Assembly (NCBI GenBank): GCA_951406725.2
Contig: OX597815.1
Span: 177,072,001 to 177,136,000 of the forward strand
DNA length: 64,000 bases
Reading direction: 5' to 3'
From: Octopus vulgaris
Lineage: Eukaryota
Of this stretch, positions 52,813 through 64,000 are shown piece by piece; position 1 is the stretch's first letter; each line of letters opens with the position of its first letter. Below the pieces are notes generated by a model. It was given only the letters and a program-made list of their open reading frames with translations. It had not been told where the DNA came from and did no database searches. Position numbers and translations under genes: made by a program.

Positions 52813-55735
52813 TATCCTCCCATACACACACACATATCCTCCCATACACACAAGGACACAGGCGCACGCATACGCATGCCCTTACTCACGCACAGATAGA
52901 TATCAATTTATTCAACATTTATGAAACAAAAGAGACGCTTTAACTGTCTTTGAGAGAAACCTTACATGGATGAAAATGTGCGTTTACGAAGAAAACAAAG
53001 AGAAAACCAAAAAATGCTATCTTATGTATATGAAAAATGACATAAGTCAGTATTTAAAACACGCACGCACGCATACAGATGCAAGCATTTACGTATAAAC
53101 ACACACATACACATGCTCACATACACAACTCGGACAAATCCCAACGCTGGAACATAAGTTCGAATGAAATGAAAATAGAGTGACGTGTCACTGATGAGAT
53201 TGCAACAATGTGATGAAATAATTATTTGCCAAAAAAAAAACCAACCAACCAAAACAAAACAAAAAAGAATGAAATTACAACACGAACAATACCGAACATT
53301 TGAACTATCGATTAGCTGTTTGACCAAAGTGTTTAACATTCGAGTTAGAAAAACTAGTAAATAAACGGCTGATCGATAGATTTGTTAGCGGAATAACTAA
53401 CCCATAAACTAACAATAAAAGACCGAACCGGTTCGTGTGTTTATCATTACAGGCATAATGCCTCTCCCAAGGTTCAACACACACACACACAAATATAAGG
53501 TTATTCTTTCCCGTACAGTAGCTTATTTCATATCTTCCTGATGCAAAATGTTGTGATCGTATGGACGAATCCATGGAATATAACGAATAAGATTTTATGG
53601 TTGATGGAAATCGATAAGATTTTTTTCAGATAATTTATATTTTTGATGATAGTTTTATTCTTAGGGCATGGTATATATGCTGGAGAAGAATATAAAGAGG
53701 TTCCCATTGAGGAATTTGTGAAACATGTTCGAAACTTTGCAGAAAGTTGATAGTATTCCTTAAAGTTTACACTCGTGAAAACGCCCACATATATCATGTG
53801 TGAGATAAACTTATACGAGACCCTATTACATAATATAGAAAATTATAGATAGTCATTGTAGCAAAATTGTAAAATCTCTACTGTTACAACAAAGAAGCAA
53901 AATTTGTTCAGTTGACAAAATGAGATGGTAAAGTATTCAAAATTGAAATGATAGCCAAGGTTATTCAAATGTCACTGAAAATCAGCAAAGCAAAATTCAA
54001 TTTGACAATGTTTAAAGTATTGGAATCGCATCGTCCTTTCTAGACAATGACTTAGTATATTTTGGATGAAAAGCGTAAATGATATCAGAAAATATTCGAG
54101 GTCATTGGCCTTGCATTGAATCATATATTTAGTCGCATTTTTTTTTTTCATCAATTTAGCGAGAATACGGTGGGAGCTGATCGGATATTTCCATAGATAC
54201 ATTCAGAATGTTTGACTTCCACGGATGAGAAACAGACAAACATATTGCAACGTCTAGGAACATACAGATCATGAAACAAATATAGAGAAATATTGTCTCT
54301 CTAGACGGGTATTGTGTTGCACATTTTTCTGTCGTGATAACAGGCAGTAAAATATGCTGGTATATTACAAGCTCAATAAAGATTATTAGAGATATTTCAA
54401 CTTATTTCCGATAGAATTTCAGTGATATGAAAAAATATTGAAAACAATACTCGCCAATACTTAGACGAACGACGCAAATAATTAAATTTCACAAATGTAG
54501 AAAAAATATATTTGTATGTCTCCTACAAAACAATTGCATATTAGCAGATTGAGTTGCACACGCATGCACATATAGAATCACGTATCGAAATGCACAATTA
54601 TGCCTACGTTAGAATACGAGATATAAAAAAAAACATCCAGATACACATATTTATGATCCTACATGCATACATAAATATATGTCTGCTTGGAAGCATAGCT
54701 ACTGGTGTGTGTATAGTATAGGCCATATGTTCTACTGTTTCTTAATAAAAAAAAAAATGAAATGATAAATATGATTACCAATGACTAGAATTCATAAATA
54801 AATTCGTATTCACAAGAAAATATTTTATACATATTTTCATTCAGGCCCAGAATTTCAACTGCAAATTTCTAAACCTACTTCGAAGTATGACGAAATGATT
54901 ATCTCCCTTGTAATACCTCTCTTAAACCTGCCTCATGTGATTAAAGAATGGTATCATATGTGTCTGAATAATTTTGATTGGCTTCACGAGAATCGAGTTC
55001 TGAACGTTTTACAGCTGGCAATGCGTCTTCAGGAATGGATGCTCGTGGGACTACAGAAAATAGAAAATAACACCCTCATAGGATGGTTACACTTTCAAGA
55101 TTATATTGGAAAATGTTTCTCAAATCATTTGTAGCTGATATTGAAGTTGTTATCCACTTAAAGACATTTTTACAAGTTAGAATTCTCTGGAAACGAGTTT
55201 TACTGCCTAAATACGTTTAATCTCCTTTTTGCAACCAGTACATAAACGCCAATACCAGAGGTCACATGCTTTACTGTTGTTCTTTTCCTGAAACACTCTG
55301 ATCCATGAAGACAGTCCGCAGTTCGATATGCAGTACGTTTCAAAACTCACTTCACCTAGTGTAGGCTTATCGAAATATTGTTTATTGTACATGTAAAGAT
55401 GCGTTCCGGAAACACTGGATTTATGATGGCAATCCCATCTAAATCTAGTTACTGTAGTCGCTAAGTAAGCGAATATGCCCCTGACATGAGCTCGCATGTC
55501 AAGGACGTTTTCCTTTATACCAATAACAGTGATTTCAGAAAATTCCATTTGTGACGCCTCAATGAACCTCTCTCAGGTGCATAATCTATATTTTCATTCT
55601 ATAAACACCAGAGCAAATATTTGTAGAATTTTGGTGGAGTCCTCACCAAAGGAATGATTATTATGCATATGTATTTTACTGTACGAAGGCAGAAACTCTA
55701 GAAACCCTACACCGCTCAAGAAATATATGTGAGTG

Positions 55736-55739
55736 TGTT

Positions 55740-55800
<61 letters not shown>
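55736..55800. repeat. (GT)n(GA)n microsatellite
   Basis: Directly visible. Confidence 0.95.
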
Positions 55801-56639
55801 TCGATCGAGCGTGTGTGTGCAAATGTGTATATGTGTGTACGTGTGTATATGCGGTATGCAAATGTGTCTGAATGATATTCACGCTTGTGCAAAATAGTGA
55901 TGATCCTATTTACATTTCTTGTTGATATTGCGACCCTTCGCTTTGTACTTTCCATGACTTGAGGAATAAAAGTCTCTTAGACCGAGAAAATGTGAAGCTT
56001 TTTGTCAGGAAAAGTTAATCTCCGCAAAAACTGTCTCATATAATTCCCACCTAACGCATGACAGCTCCAAAAATCGGACGTGAAAAGAAAATGAACGGAG
56101 TCCATTACCTCTGTTTTTCTTTTGGATATCTATGCATTTACATTGTACGACATTGTGTCGTTGTTCGCGATGCATAGAATTCGAGAAAATTATGGACTTT
56201 CATTTATCACCGCATAATTATTAGCAGTGGTGCTTACAGTGATAGTCTAGCTTATCCTTTCTTTTACTTTAACCAAAGAAGGAATGGTATTTTTAACGTG
56301 CAATACATTTGGCAGAAGGGCTTTGCTTCAATCCGAGTAATGATTTTAGCACTAAGATCTTGATAAGATATAATTCCGAAATGACTATTAATCACTGTTC
56401 TCATTAATGCTTGGGAGTCAGTAAGACCGTCATCCAATATTTTTTACAAGTCGCTCGTGCTCACATGTCTTCCCATAATGCTTTCCGAAAATCATAATCC
56501 GTCATTGATCCTCAGCCTTGGTTCTGATCAGGACTCGTATATTTGTTCGCACGACATGCTGGATAAGTATATAATGCGCAGCGTTGACTGACGTCTCTTC
56601 TCAGCACTACGTCTTCCCTTTTATACTTTTCATGAACAA

Positions 56640-56940
56640 CTGCCAGAATAGCTTAACCCTTCTTTGTAATCTGTCTTCGTCTACACGTTGGACGGCCTCT
56701 TTCCTTTTAAATTGTAAAGAATATCCATGACACTAACCGTCAGGTCTAAAAATTCTATTCAACCAGCGTATTCGACATCCGGGTGTCCTTCCAGGTTAAT
56801 TACCTCACCATTTTGTACTTGATTTTCTCCGATCTTCTGTTGGTACAAATTTACTCATGCTCCTGACGCTTATCTCTAAATGGTGCTGTTTCCGCTAAAG
56901 ATATTTGCTTCTCTTTTAGAGGTCTCTTTGTGTTAGCATG
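56640..56940 (-). mobile_element. Possible highly decayed RTE-type LINE 3' region
   Basis: Minus strand gives RLVSWI...ERGRP, reminiscent of the RTE W.P...R.RGRP motif; many stops. Confidence 0.3.
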
Positions 56941-57249
56941 ATTGTTAGAAGGATTAGTAAATTTGATGAGACGCCACTGACGTCGGCGTTGGAGTTGTGG
57001 TGGTCGTTATTCTTACTCTCGTTCTGCCGATGATGTTGAAGGTGTTAACGCTGTCAGCAGTATTGATAATAGTGACTGCCAAGGTAAACTTTGCTTTTCT
57101 TCCCGTTGCTTCAAGAAAATGAAATTCGGGCATAGGATTGATTTCATGGAGCAGAACTCTTCCCATATTTTAGCCCAAATTTCAATGCAAGAAAGAAATT
57201 GCATTATTCTTAGGGTGTTGTGTTCTCAGGAGTTCTTCGAGTGGTAAAA

Positions 57250-57645
57250 TAGAACGTTGCGTGTTCTTTGTTCTGATTTTGTACTGAGTTCAAATTCCAT
57301 AGAGATCAACTTTGCATTTTATCACTTCAGGTCGATAAAACAAAGTATTACTACACAACTATTGATGTCGATAGAATCAATCTTCCTCTCTTCGAAAAAA
57401 GTTGCTGGAGTTTCTGGCTGCTGTTGGAGGACAAACACAGATACAAAGACGTACGTGCGCTCACAGCACACATGCACACACTCACACGTTTCTTTCATTT
57501 TCCGTGCATTACATCCGTTCACAAGGCCTTGGTAGGTCCGAGGTTATTGTATAAGACACGCGTCCAAAATGCCACTTTCAGTGTCTGAATCTACAACCAT
57601 GTGGTTAGAAATCAAACATCCTACCATACAGGCAGGCCTGCGCCT
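57250..57645. mobile_element. SINE A (+, ~57250-57400) abutting SINE B (-, ~57420-57645)
   Basis: ctgagttcaaattcc..gtcgataaa; then ggaggacaaacacag..acaaccatgtggtt..cctgcgcc. Confidence 0.7.
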
Positions 57646-58436
57646 AAATGTATCAAAATGTTTTTATCTTGTGGTGATGATGGTGGCGGTGTGCTATAAA
57701 AACACGAATAAAGCGCATATTAATTATTGTTATGTACAGCACAATACTGATTTAACTTTATATAGTAATTTATAGCAAAACTTGTATAGAAATTATGTGC
57801 TTAATCTCCCTGTAGGATTCATCGATTTTTGTCAATCATTAATTCCTAGTTTTATATTATTGACGTCTTCTGTTTTATTGATGCCTATGATCTCTCGATC
57901 ATATTTAGTTAAGCACAAGAAATTCCATGGAGAGTTTAAAACGAACATGATAATTATTTAATAGGCAAAACGCAAACAAATGGTTTAAAAAGGCTTAAAT
58001 GTAGGCAATCAAATTTCTAGTAGTAGCTTCTTTGTATATCCGAATCTAGCGAAAATGACCATACAATTATTTCAAAGGATGTTATTCTTATATCGGGTGA
58101 GAAAATTCGAGAAAAAAAATCTACCGTGTGTATTGGAAAATCCAACGTTTCGGACAAGAAACCATACACGTAGAGTGCTACGTTTACTTTCCGGTAAAAT
58201 GGAAGAAATTTTAACGTTACCAGGCGACGCTCTTGTAGAGAAAGGATTGATGAGGAAACAAAAAAGATGGAGAGAATACACGTTTCTGAATGAACGGTCA
58301 ACGCCTTCTAAATTAACCGGAAGATGATGGAATTTGTTTGAGGCGTGGTTGGCAAGGGAGACAACTTTTGCCAGGGATATGTGTGTATTCCCAAGCACGA
58401 ATGTGTATGCAACGAATATATGCCTCTTTATTTACA

Positions 58437-58476
<40 letters not shown>

Positions 58477-58487
58477 TACTAACTGTG

Positions 58488-58985
58488 GCAGTGCTACTAT
58501 TGTTTTTAGCGCAAGGAAAACATCTCCTCCAGCTCGCCAACGACACACAATCTGTGTCCGATTAATATTTGCGAGGTCATAGCTCCCATCTCTAGCCTTA
58601 CGTTATACACAGAGACCCGAGTTTCTGGGTGGTTACCCGTCTTCAGTGTGTGTTAATCACTGGCCAATGATGAAGAACTCATTCGACTCGCAAATTACTG
58701 TATCCTTTTTAAAGCGACACACTGCCGCTGATCTCGTAAAAGAGAGAGATAAGTTATATTAAATCTCTGAGCAAGAGATAGACAGTAAAAGTACGGAATC
58801 GTAAAATATATTTGCGAACTAAATGTGGCGGTCCTATAGTGGAGGGTGCTACTGGTGTTTCTAGCCCCTGGAAGACATCTCTTCCAGCTGGCCAACGACA
58901 AACAATCCGTGTCCGACTGGTATTTGCGAGGGAGGTCACCGCACTCATCTCTAGCCTTACGTGATACATACAGACCTGAGTTATG
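58488..58985 (-). mobile_element. Second tandem locus of the retrozyme-like HHR unit (359-nt period)
   Basis: Minus HHR 58608-58652 cacaca-CTGAAGA-cgggtaaccaccca-GAAAC-tcgg-GTC-tctgtg; next GTC at 58973-58975; homologous to 47372-47958. Confidence 0.78.
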
Positions 58986-59269
58986 TTTCTCTCGTGTTCT
59001 CTATCTGAAGAATCCTCTAGAAAGGATGCAAGCGCTAATATATGATTTATAAGAACATGTGATATATTAATAAAAATCTGTAAATATAACACCATCCAGA
59101 TTTCTGAGTACGTTATTTCTTCTAATAAATATATATATAAACATAAGCAGCAGTTAGCAGCGTTTTGCTGAAGAGGAGAATTACAATTGTCACTATGTGT
59201 GAGTAGGGTGTTAGGAAACACTTATTTCTAGCAATGTAGGCGTCTCCTAACAGCGTAGTCACATCTAGT

Positions 59270-59316
<47 letters not shown>

Positions 59317-60804
59317 TTATATAATGTTTGTGTGTGTGTGTGTACGCGCGCGCTTATGTATCTTGAGTGTTTTTGAATGGATGACGGTTAGAAGACCGAA
59401 ACAGTGAGAGATTAGCTGTTTGCTTAATCGACATATGAGATCAATTGAATTAATTAGCATATAAGCGCGGAATACTCAACCGGCATTGTGCCAGGTTGCC
59501 TCTTCGCCTGGAAATATACATTACCATCATAAATAACTGACATGCTGGATCCTCAAAATATCAAATATAAGCAGTCCTATTTGTACGCCTACACATCCAA
59601 CAACAACAACAACCCACCTATCAAAAAGAAAGAATGAAAGAAGAATACAAAGAAAAGTTAAAAGAAAAAAATGGATGTTCGCAGCTAGAAACCCAGTGCA
59701 GATTTCAGTTAGTTAAGATCTAGCGACAACAACAACAAACATTTGTGAATGATATGTAATCATTGTTCAATGATCTGCTTGAAGCGTGTATGTGATTGGG
59801 AATGTGGATTTTCACAGATAACTAATTATAAGTCGACGCAGTCGATCTGTTATTGTACTCACAATTACCACTCTCGATGTAGGGCATCGCGTAGCTGAGT
59901 ATTATATCTAAACATAACGAATAACAGGAAATGTTCACAGTCGCTAGATTTTTTTTAATCAATCTTTCGTGAAGAGTACAAATACTTTTATTTTTGCATG
60001 GATAAGGCAACTGGAAGAATGATAGTGTTCTAGAAATCGAAATTGAAAAAAAATAATATGACAAAAAATGTAAATAAAAGAATGAAGGAAATTGTAATCA
60101 AGCCGGAAACACATAAATTGATTATGAATTAATCTCTACAGATGGATGCAAAGATTAGAAAAGAAAGTAATTTATTGGAAATTGTAAATAAAATCATTAT
60201 ATAAACACACTTCTTATTAGAATCGATTTTTCCTTGAGGAAGAAGAAATCATTAGACGTCAATATCAAAATAACAGTGTTGGATGTAGTAGACGTGGTGT
60301 TTTGTAGCAAAGTAACTCTTACTCATGTTATTCATATACAGAATCATTTTTCTTCCTGTCACTGGAAATAATAATTATGATTTCTAACGTGTTTGTTACG
60401 GTTACGGAGAAACATGTGCAGTTAACAGGCGTATATGATTCCATCGATGGATGAAATAAAGAAATGATGTAAAGCGTGGGTTTAGAACGGATAGGATGAA
60501 CGTAATACATATAATTAATTATAATAAACAGAATTTAAACAAAATTCACGGATACACTATTTTAGTGAGGGATTAAATTGGATTATAGCGAGGTCAGAAT
60601 TTGAATGCTACCAATTTCAATGATCTCGGAGAGGCTAAAGCTAAACTTGATCTGGAAAGAGTATAAGCAAACATCTCAAACAGAATTTTAACGAATCTGC
60701 TTCTTTCTGGCGTCGTTGATCTTATTTCAGGGTCAATGAAATAAAGTACGAAGTACTGACTGATACACCCACTCTACAACAACTGTAAAAATCGGCTTTA
60801 ATTA

Positions 60805-60945
60805 GAACTACAAGCATACTGCGTAAAGTACTGTCTGCATGAGGCCCTTGTTGTGACTTGACAGACAAGACAACCTCCAGTACACACAATATCTTCAATC
60901 TATAACATCAAAAAACTGGATACTATACGATGTTTTCAATAAAAG
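60805..60945 (+). mobile_element. R4/Dong LINE 3' end (same family as 17805-18078)
   Basis: TTSILRKVLSA* plus 3'UTR cttgttgtgacttgacag..caatatcttcaa shared with 17960-18050. Confidence 0.7.
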
Positions 60946-62001
60946 ATGAGCTACAACAAAATTGCTGCCGAATGCCACAGATTTGGTGGCTTGTTGTTGA
61001 CTTTAACCAGTTGAGCACGTCCTGTGGCGGTTGAAAACGTGTGTACCTCTGATCACGAGCATAAGTAGTAGTGGAGCATCATAGCCACGTGTTGAGAGGA
61101 ATTCTTTGGGGTTTCGACAATTAACTCTGGAGACATGGGTGTTTCATTTGGCATCCTTAAACAGACCTTATCGAGAGACCTTTTGAGCAGGATGAGCTAC
61201 TCGATTTGAAGAAAATTCTAACTGGGTCCACCTGCGAAGTCATGCGCTGTTTATCTTGATATGAAATTACCATGTCGCACAAATGTGGTTGTGATGCATG
61301 TCTGGTGTACACTTATCAGATGGGTAGTCATGATGGGTATATTGGGCTTCGTATGTTTGTAATCTAGTGTCGCTTTGACGGCATGCGCCGCACTCTCACT
61401 CACTCACTCACTCAATAATAATAATAAATGCCCTGAAGCAGTACGAGGCAGTGGCTCTCATGGCTACTGGTCTTAATTGATTGGAAGTGTTATCACGTAC
61501 ATTGTTTTGTCTTGGTATAAAAATATGGGCTACAGCAAATATTCTGCTCAATATCACAGATTTGTTGTCACTTGTCTGAGCATAACCAGTTGAGCATGTC
61601 TCTTAGTGACTGACGACATGTGCGTCCCTGATCACGAACAGAAGTAATGGGGGAACATCAGAGCCATGTGTTGAGGGGTGTTCCTTGGGGTTTGGATAAT
61701 TCATCTCTGGAAACATGGGTGTTTCAGTCATTATCCTTAAACAACCCTTATTCAGAGACCTTTTGAGCGGGATGGGCTACTCGACCAGAGGGAAATTCTA
61801 ACAGGGCCCAACCTGCGAGGTTATGCGCTGTTTATTTTGATATGAGATTACCATGTCGCACACATATCGTTGTGATGTATGTGCCTGGTGTAGCCTTATC
61901 AGACGAGTAGTCTTGATGTGTTTATTGGGCTTTGTATATTTGTACCCCAGTGTCACTTTGATGCCACGCACTGCTCTCTCAATAATGATAATAATAATAA
62001 T
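60945..62001 (+). mobile_element. Two tandem copies of the ~570-bp (AAT)n-tailed retroposon
   Basis: Truncated copy ~60945-61427 and full copy 61428-62001, both ending in (aat)n; homologous to 18083-18654. Confidence 0.85.
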
Positions 62002-62004
62002 AGC

Positions 62005-62185
62005 AACAATAATCCTTTCTATTATAAGCACAAAATCTGTAATTTTGGGGGCGGGAACAAGTCGATTACATCGATTCCAGCGTTTCACTAGTACTTAAAT
62101 GATCCTCTCCGAAAGGATGAAAAGTAAAGTCGACCTCGGGGCAATTTGAACTCAGGATGTAAAGACGGACGGAATGTCGCTAGAC
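62005..62185 (-). mobile_element. SINE family A
   Basis: agtcgattacatcga..gaaaggatgaaaagtaaagtcgacctcgg..atttgaactcag. Confidence 0.82.
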
Positions 62186-62194
62186 AGCATCATT

Positions 62195-62470
62195 ATTTTT
62201 GATTTGACTCAATTTCGGTCTTCTTCCTGGCAGGATTTATGTGGGTAGCACATTTCTCCCTGCAACTTTAGGTATTCACTAGCTTTCAGCAGTTTTTCAG
62301 GTGCTTTCAACATCCCTGATAGTCTTTCTTGTCCCTAAGAGGCAAACGTTCTGAAGGAGTTCTACTTGACAGTATATTCGAATCGCCTTCAACCATTTGT
62401 CTTTATCTTTGCTTACAATCCCTAATGCACCAGTTATTATAGGTACAATCTTTGCACTTTACGTATTCCA
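62195..62470 (-). mobile_element. R4/Dong LINE 3' end
   Basis: Minus: KIVPIITGALGIVSKDKDKWLKAI...VELLQNVCLLGT. Confidence 0.75.
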
Positions 62471-62639
62471 AATTATCATTACTATATTATTAATATTATT
62501 GTTATTATTTTCAATCTGCGTGTTTGTTACAATCACTTGCCGAGACACACCCAGCGTCCTAAGGCAAGTGAAGGATAAGAGATGCTACATTATGATTGAA
62601 AGCTTGAGGAGTTGAAGTGGAAGAGGCAGTAGCGAAATA

Positions 62640-63965
62640 TCTTCATGTAATACAACACAGACATCTAAATTAGTAGGGTTTTTCTAAGGATGTGAGCAGT
62701 ACTTGTCAGCACAAGCTTGTGGATTCTCTGAAACATGGGTCTCCTGGGATGTTATCCAGATGGTTCTGACATCCCTGTTTTTAATCATACCTAGGGCACC
62801 TAAAATAACAAGAACAGTTCTCATTTTAAGGTGCCAAATCTTTTTTCCCGCCTTGAATAATTATGTCTGGTCTATTAGCCCCGACCGGTATTGACAGGAA
62901 AATCGCAGAGCATATCGATATTTTTACCTGAGCTAGTCGTTGAAGGTAAAAATATGACTATGCTCTGTGAAATGGTGTTTTTTTTTACCGCAATTTCGAT
63001 TTTACACTTAAGCCTTCCTGTTTGGCTTTTCTTTTACACTTTTTGCTGCATTAGAGGGTGGTGTGTCCTCCTTATCTTCATCATAATCATTCGATTTGAA
63101 CAACTTGCTGCACTTGTAAAAATTGTTTGTTGTTTCTTTTCTCAAGTCTTTGAATTCTTTGAGCTTTAGCGTAAACTTTTTATTTCTGCATTTCTTTTGT
63201 TGGTATCTCTTCTTTAGATGAAAATCCATATTTTCTCTTCATCTTTCTTCCTATTCTGGATCTTACAGCGGTTCTACAGTTCCTTTAGTATTGATAATTA
63301 CCCTCTCATTAATTCAATCCCTTTTTCAATTTTACTTTTCCAAATGAGATTTCTTCTCAAGTTTTTTTTTTTTTTTTTGCCACAGGCACACAACTGGGTT
63401 CAAGTGCATTAGTAAATGCGTAATTAATTTTACTTAACTCAGTAAGGTCAGGTTTTAATTCTTGTACGATATCTTTTGTTACATAGATGCCAATTTTAAT
63501 TATTTAGGTTTGCATTTCAGAGTTTATGAAGTGGTTTTCTACCATTCATACCTTTATGTCTTACAACTTCAAGGTCCTTCAGAATTTTCAGCTTATATCT
63601 CTCATAGATTCTCTTTAGCAAATGTATATTCTTCAAATACTGTTTCTTACTCACTTTCCTGTCTATCTTTATTACGTTAATTAGAATTCCTTGTTTCTTC
63701 AGGCCTTTGCTTGATTTTGTCAGATGATAGTGTTTCAATTAAGACTCGGAGCCGGCTACTCTATTCTCCTGATTTTGCTTCCTCTCTTATTTTCCACTCT
63801 CTGTTTGATCGCCATTATTTTAGCATCTGTGAGTCTTATTTCGGAAGATATCCTTCCTAACATTTGCTCTCTTGTTCTTTATCTAGATATAGTCTGCTGC
63901 CTTGATTTAATGTTCTTTGTATTTTGTAATAGTTTGTCGTGTCTCTCGAGATGGTTTACCTAATG
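62640..63965 (-). mobile_element. Decayed, internally deleted R4/Dong LINE
   Basis: Minus: KAQRI..FEK...NNFYKCSKLFKSN (N-terminal of RT) at ~63090-63170; CDFPVNT..ANRPDI and IWHLKMRTVLVILGALGMIK (REL) at 62780-62915. Confidence 0.72.
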
Positions 63966-63981
63966 TATAATAATAAGCGTA

Positions 63982-64000
63982 TAAGGCGGCGAGCTGACAA
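63982..64000 (+). mobile_element. Start of a SINE family A copy at the window edge
   Basis: taaggcggcgagctg. Confidence 0.5.

Noticed and set aside
55000-55036. Minus-strand ctgaaga..tgtaaaacgtt HHR-like string
   Set aside because: GAAA missing and stem I absent
55207-55548. 113-aa minus-strand ORF
   Set aside because: No family recognised; length compatible with chance or decayed TE
59376-59410. HHR-like ggatga-c-ggt..acc-gaaac
   Set aside because: 5' core incomplete and no stem I/III

Overview
AT-rich, microsatellite-saturated eukaryotic non-coding DNA. The repeat repertoire looks like a coleoid cephalopod (Octopus-like), which is an inference. No host protein-coding gene is supportable: nearly all listed ORFs are (TA)n/(CA)n translations or transposon relics. 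The window holds several tRNA-derived SINE families, 3' fragments of CR1-group, RTE and R4/Dong LINEs, a Penelope-like GIY-YIG remnant, a decayed mariner and a Tc1/mariner MITE. The main signal is a dense set of type I hammerhead-ribozyme (HHR) motifs in at least five unrelated short repeat families. (i) A palindromic element whose arms each carry a tRNA-like Pol III head and a minimal, probably dimer-dependent HHR, inserted as one unit with 10-12 bp TSDs (27139-27676, 29977-30418). (ii) Tandem 315-360 bp HHR units at two loci (47372-47958, 58488-58985) with retrozyme-like architecture. (iii) A 556-bp terminally redundant unit with an HHR (42760-43453). (iv) Further HHR variants next to (TA)n tracts. 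All folds and alignments were done by eye; activity is untested and most copies carry mutations.
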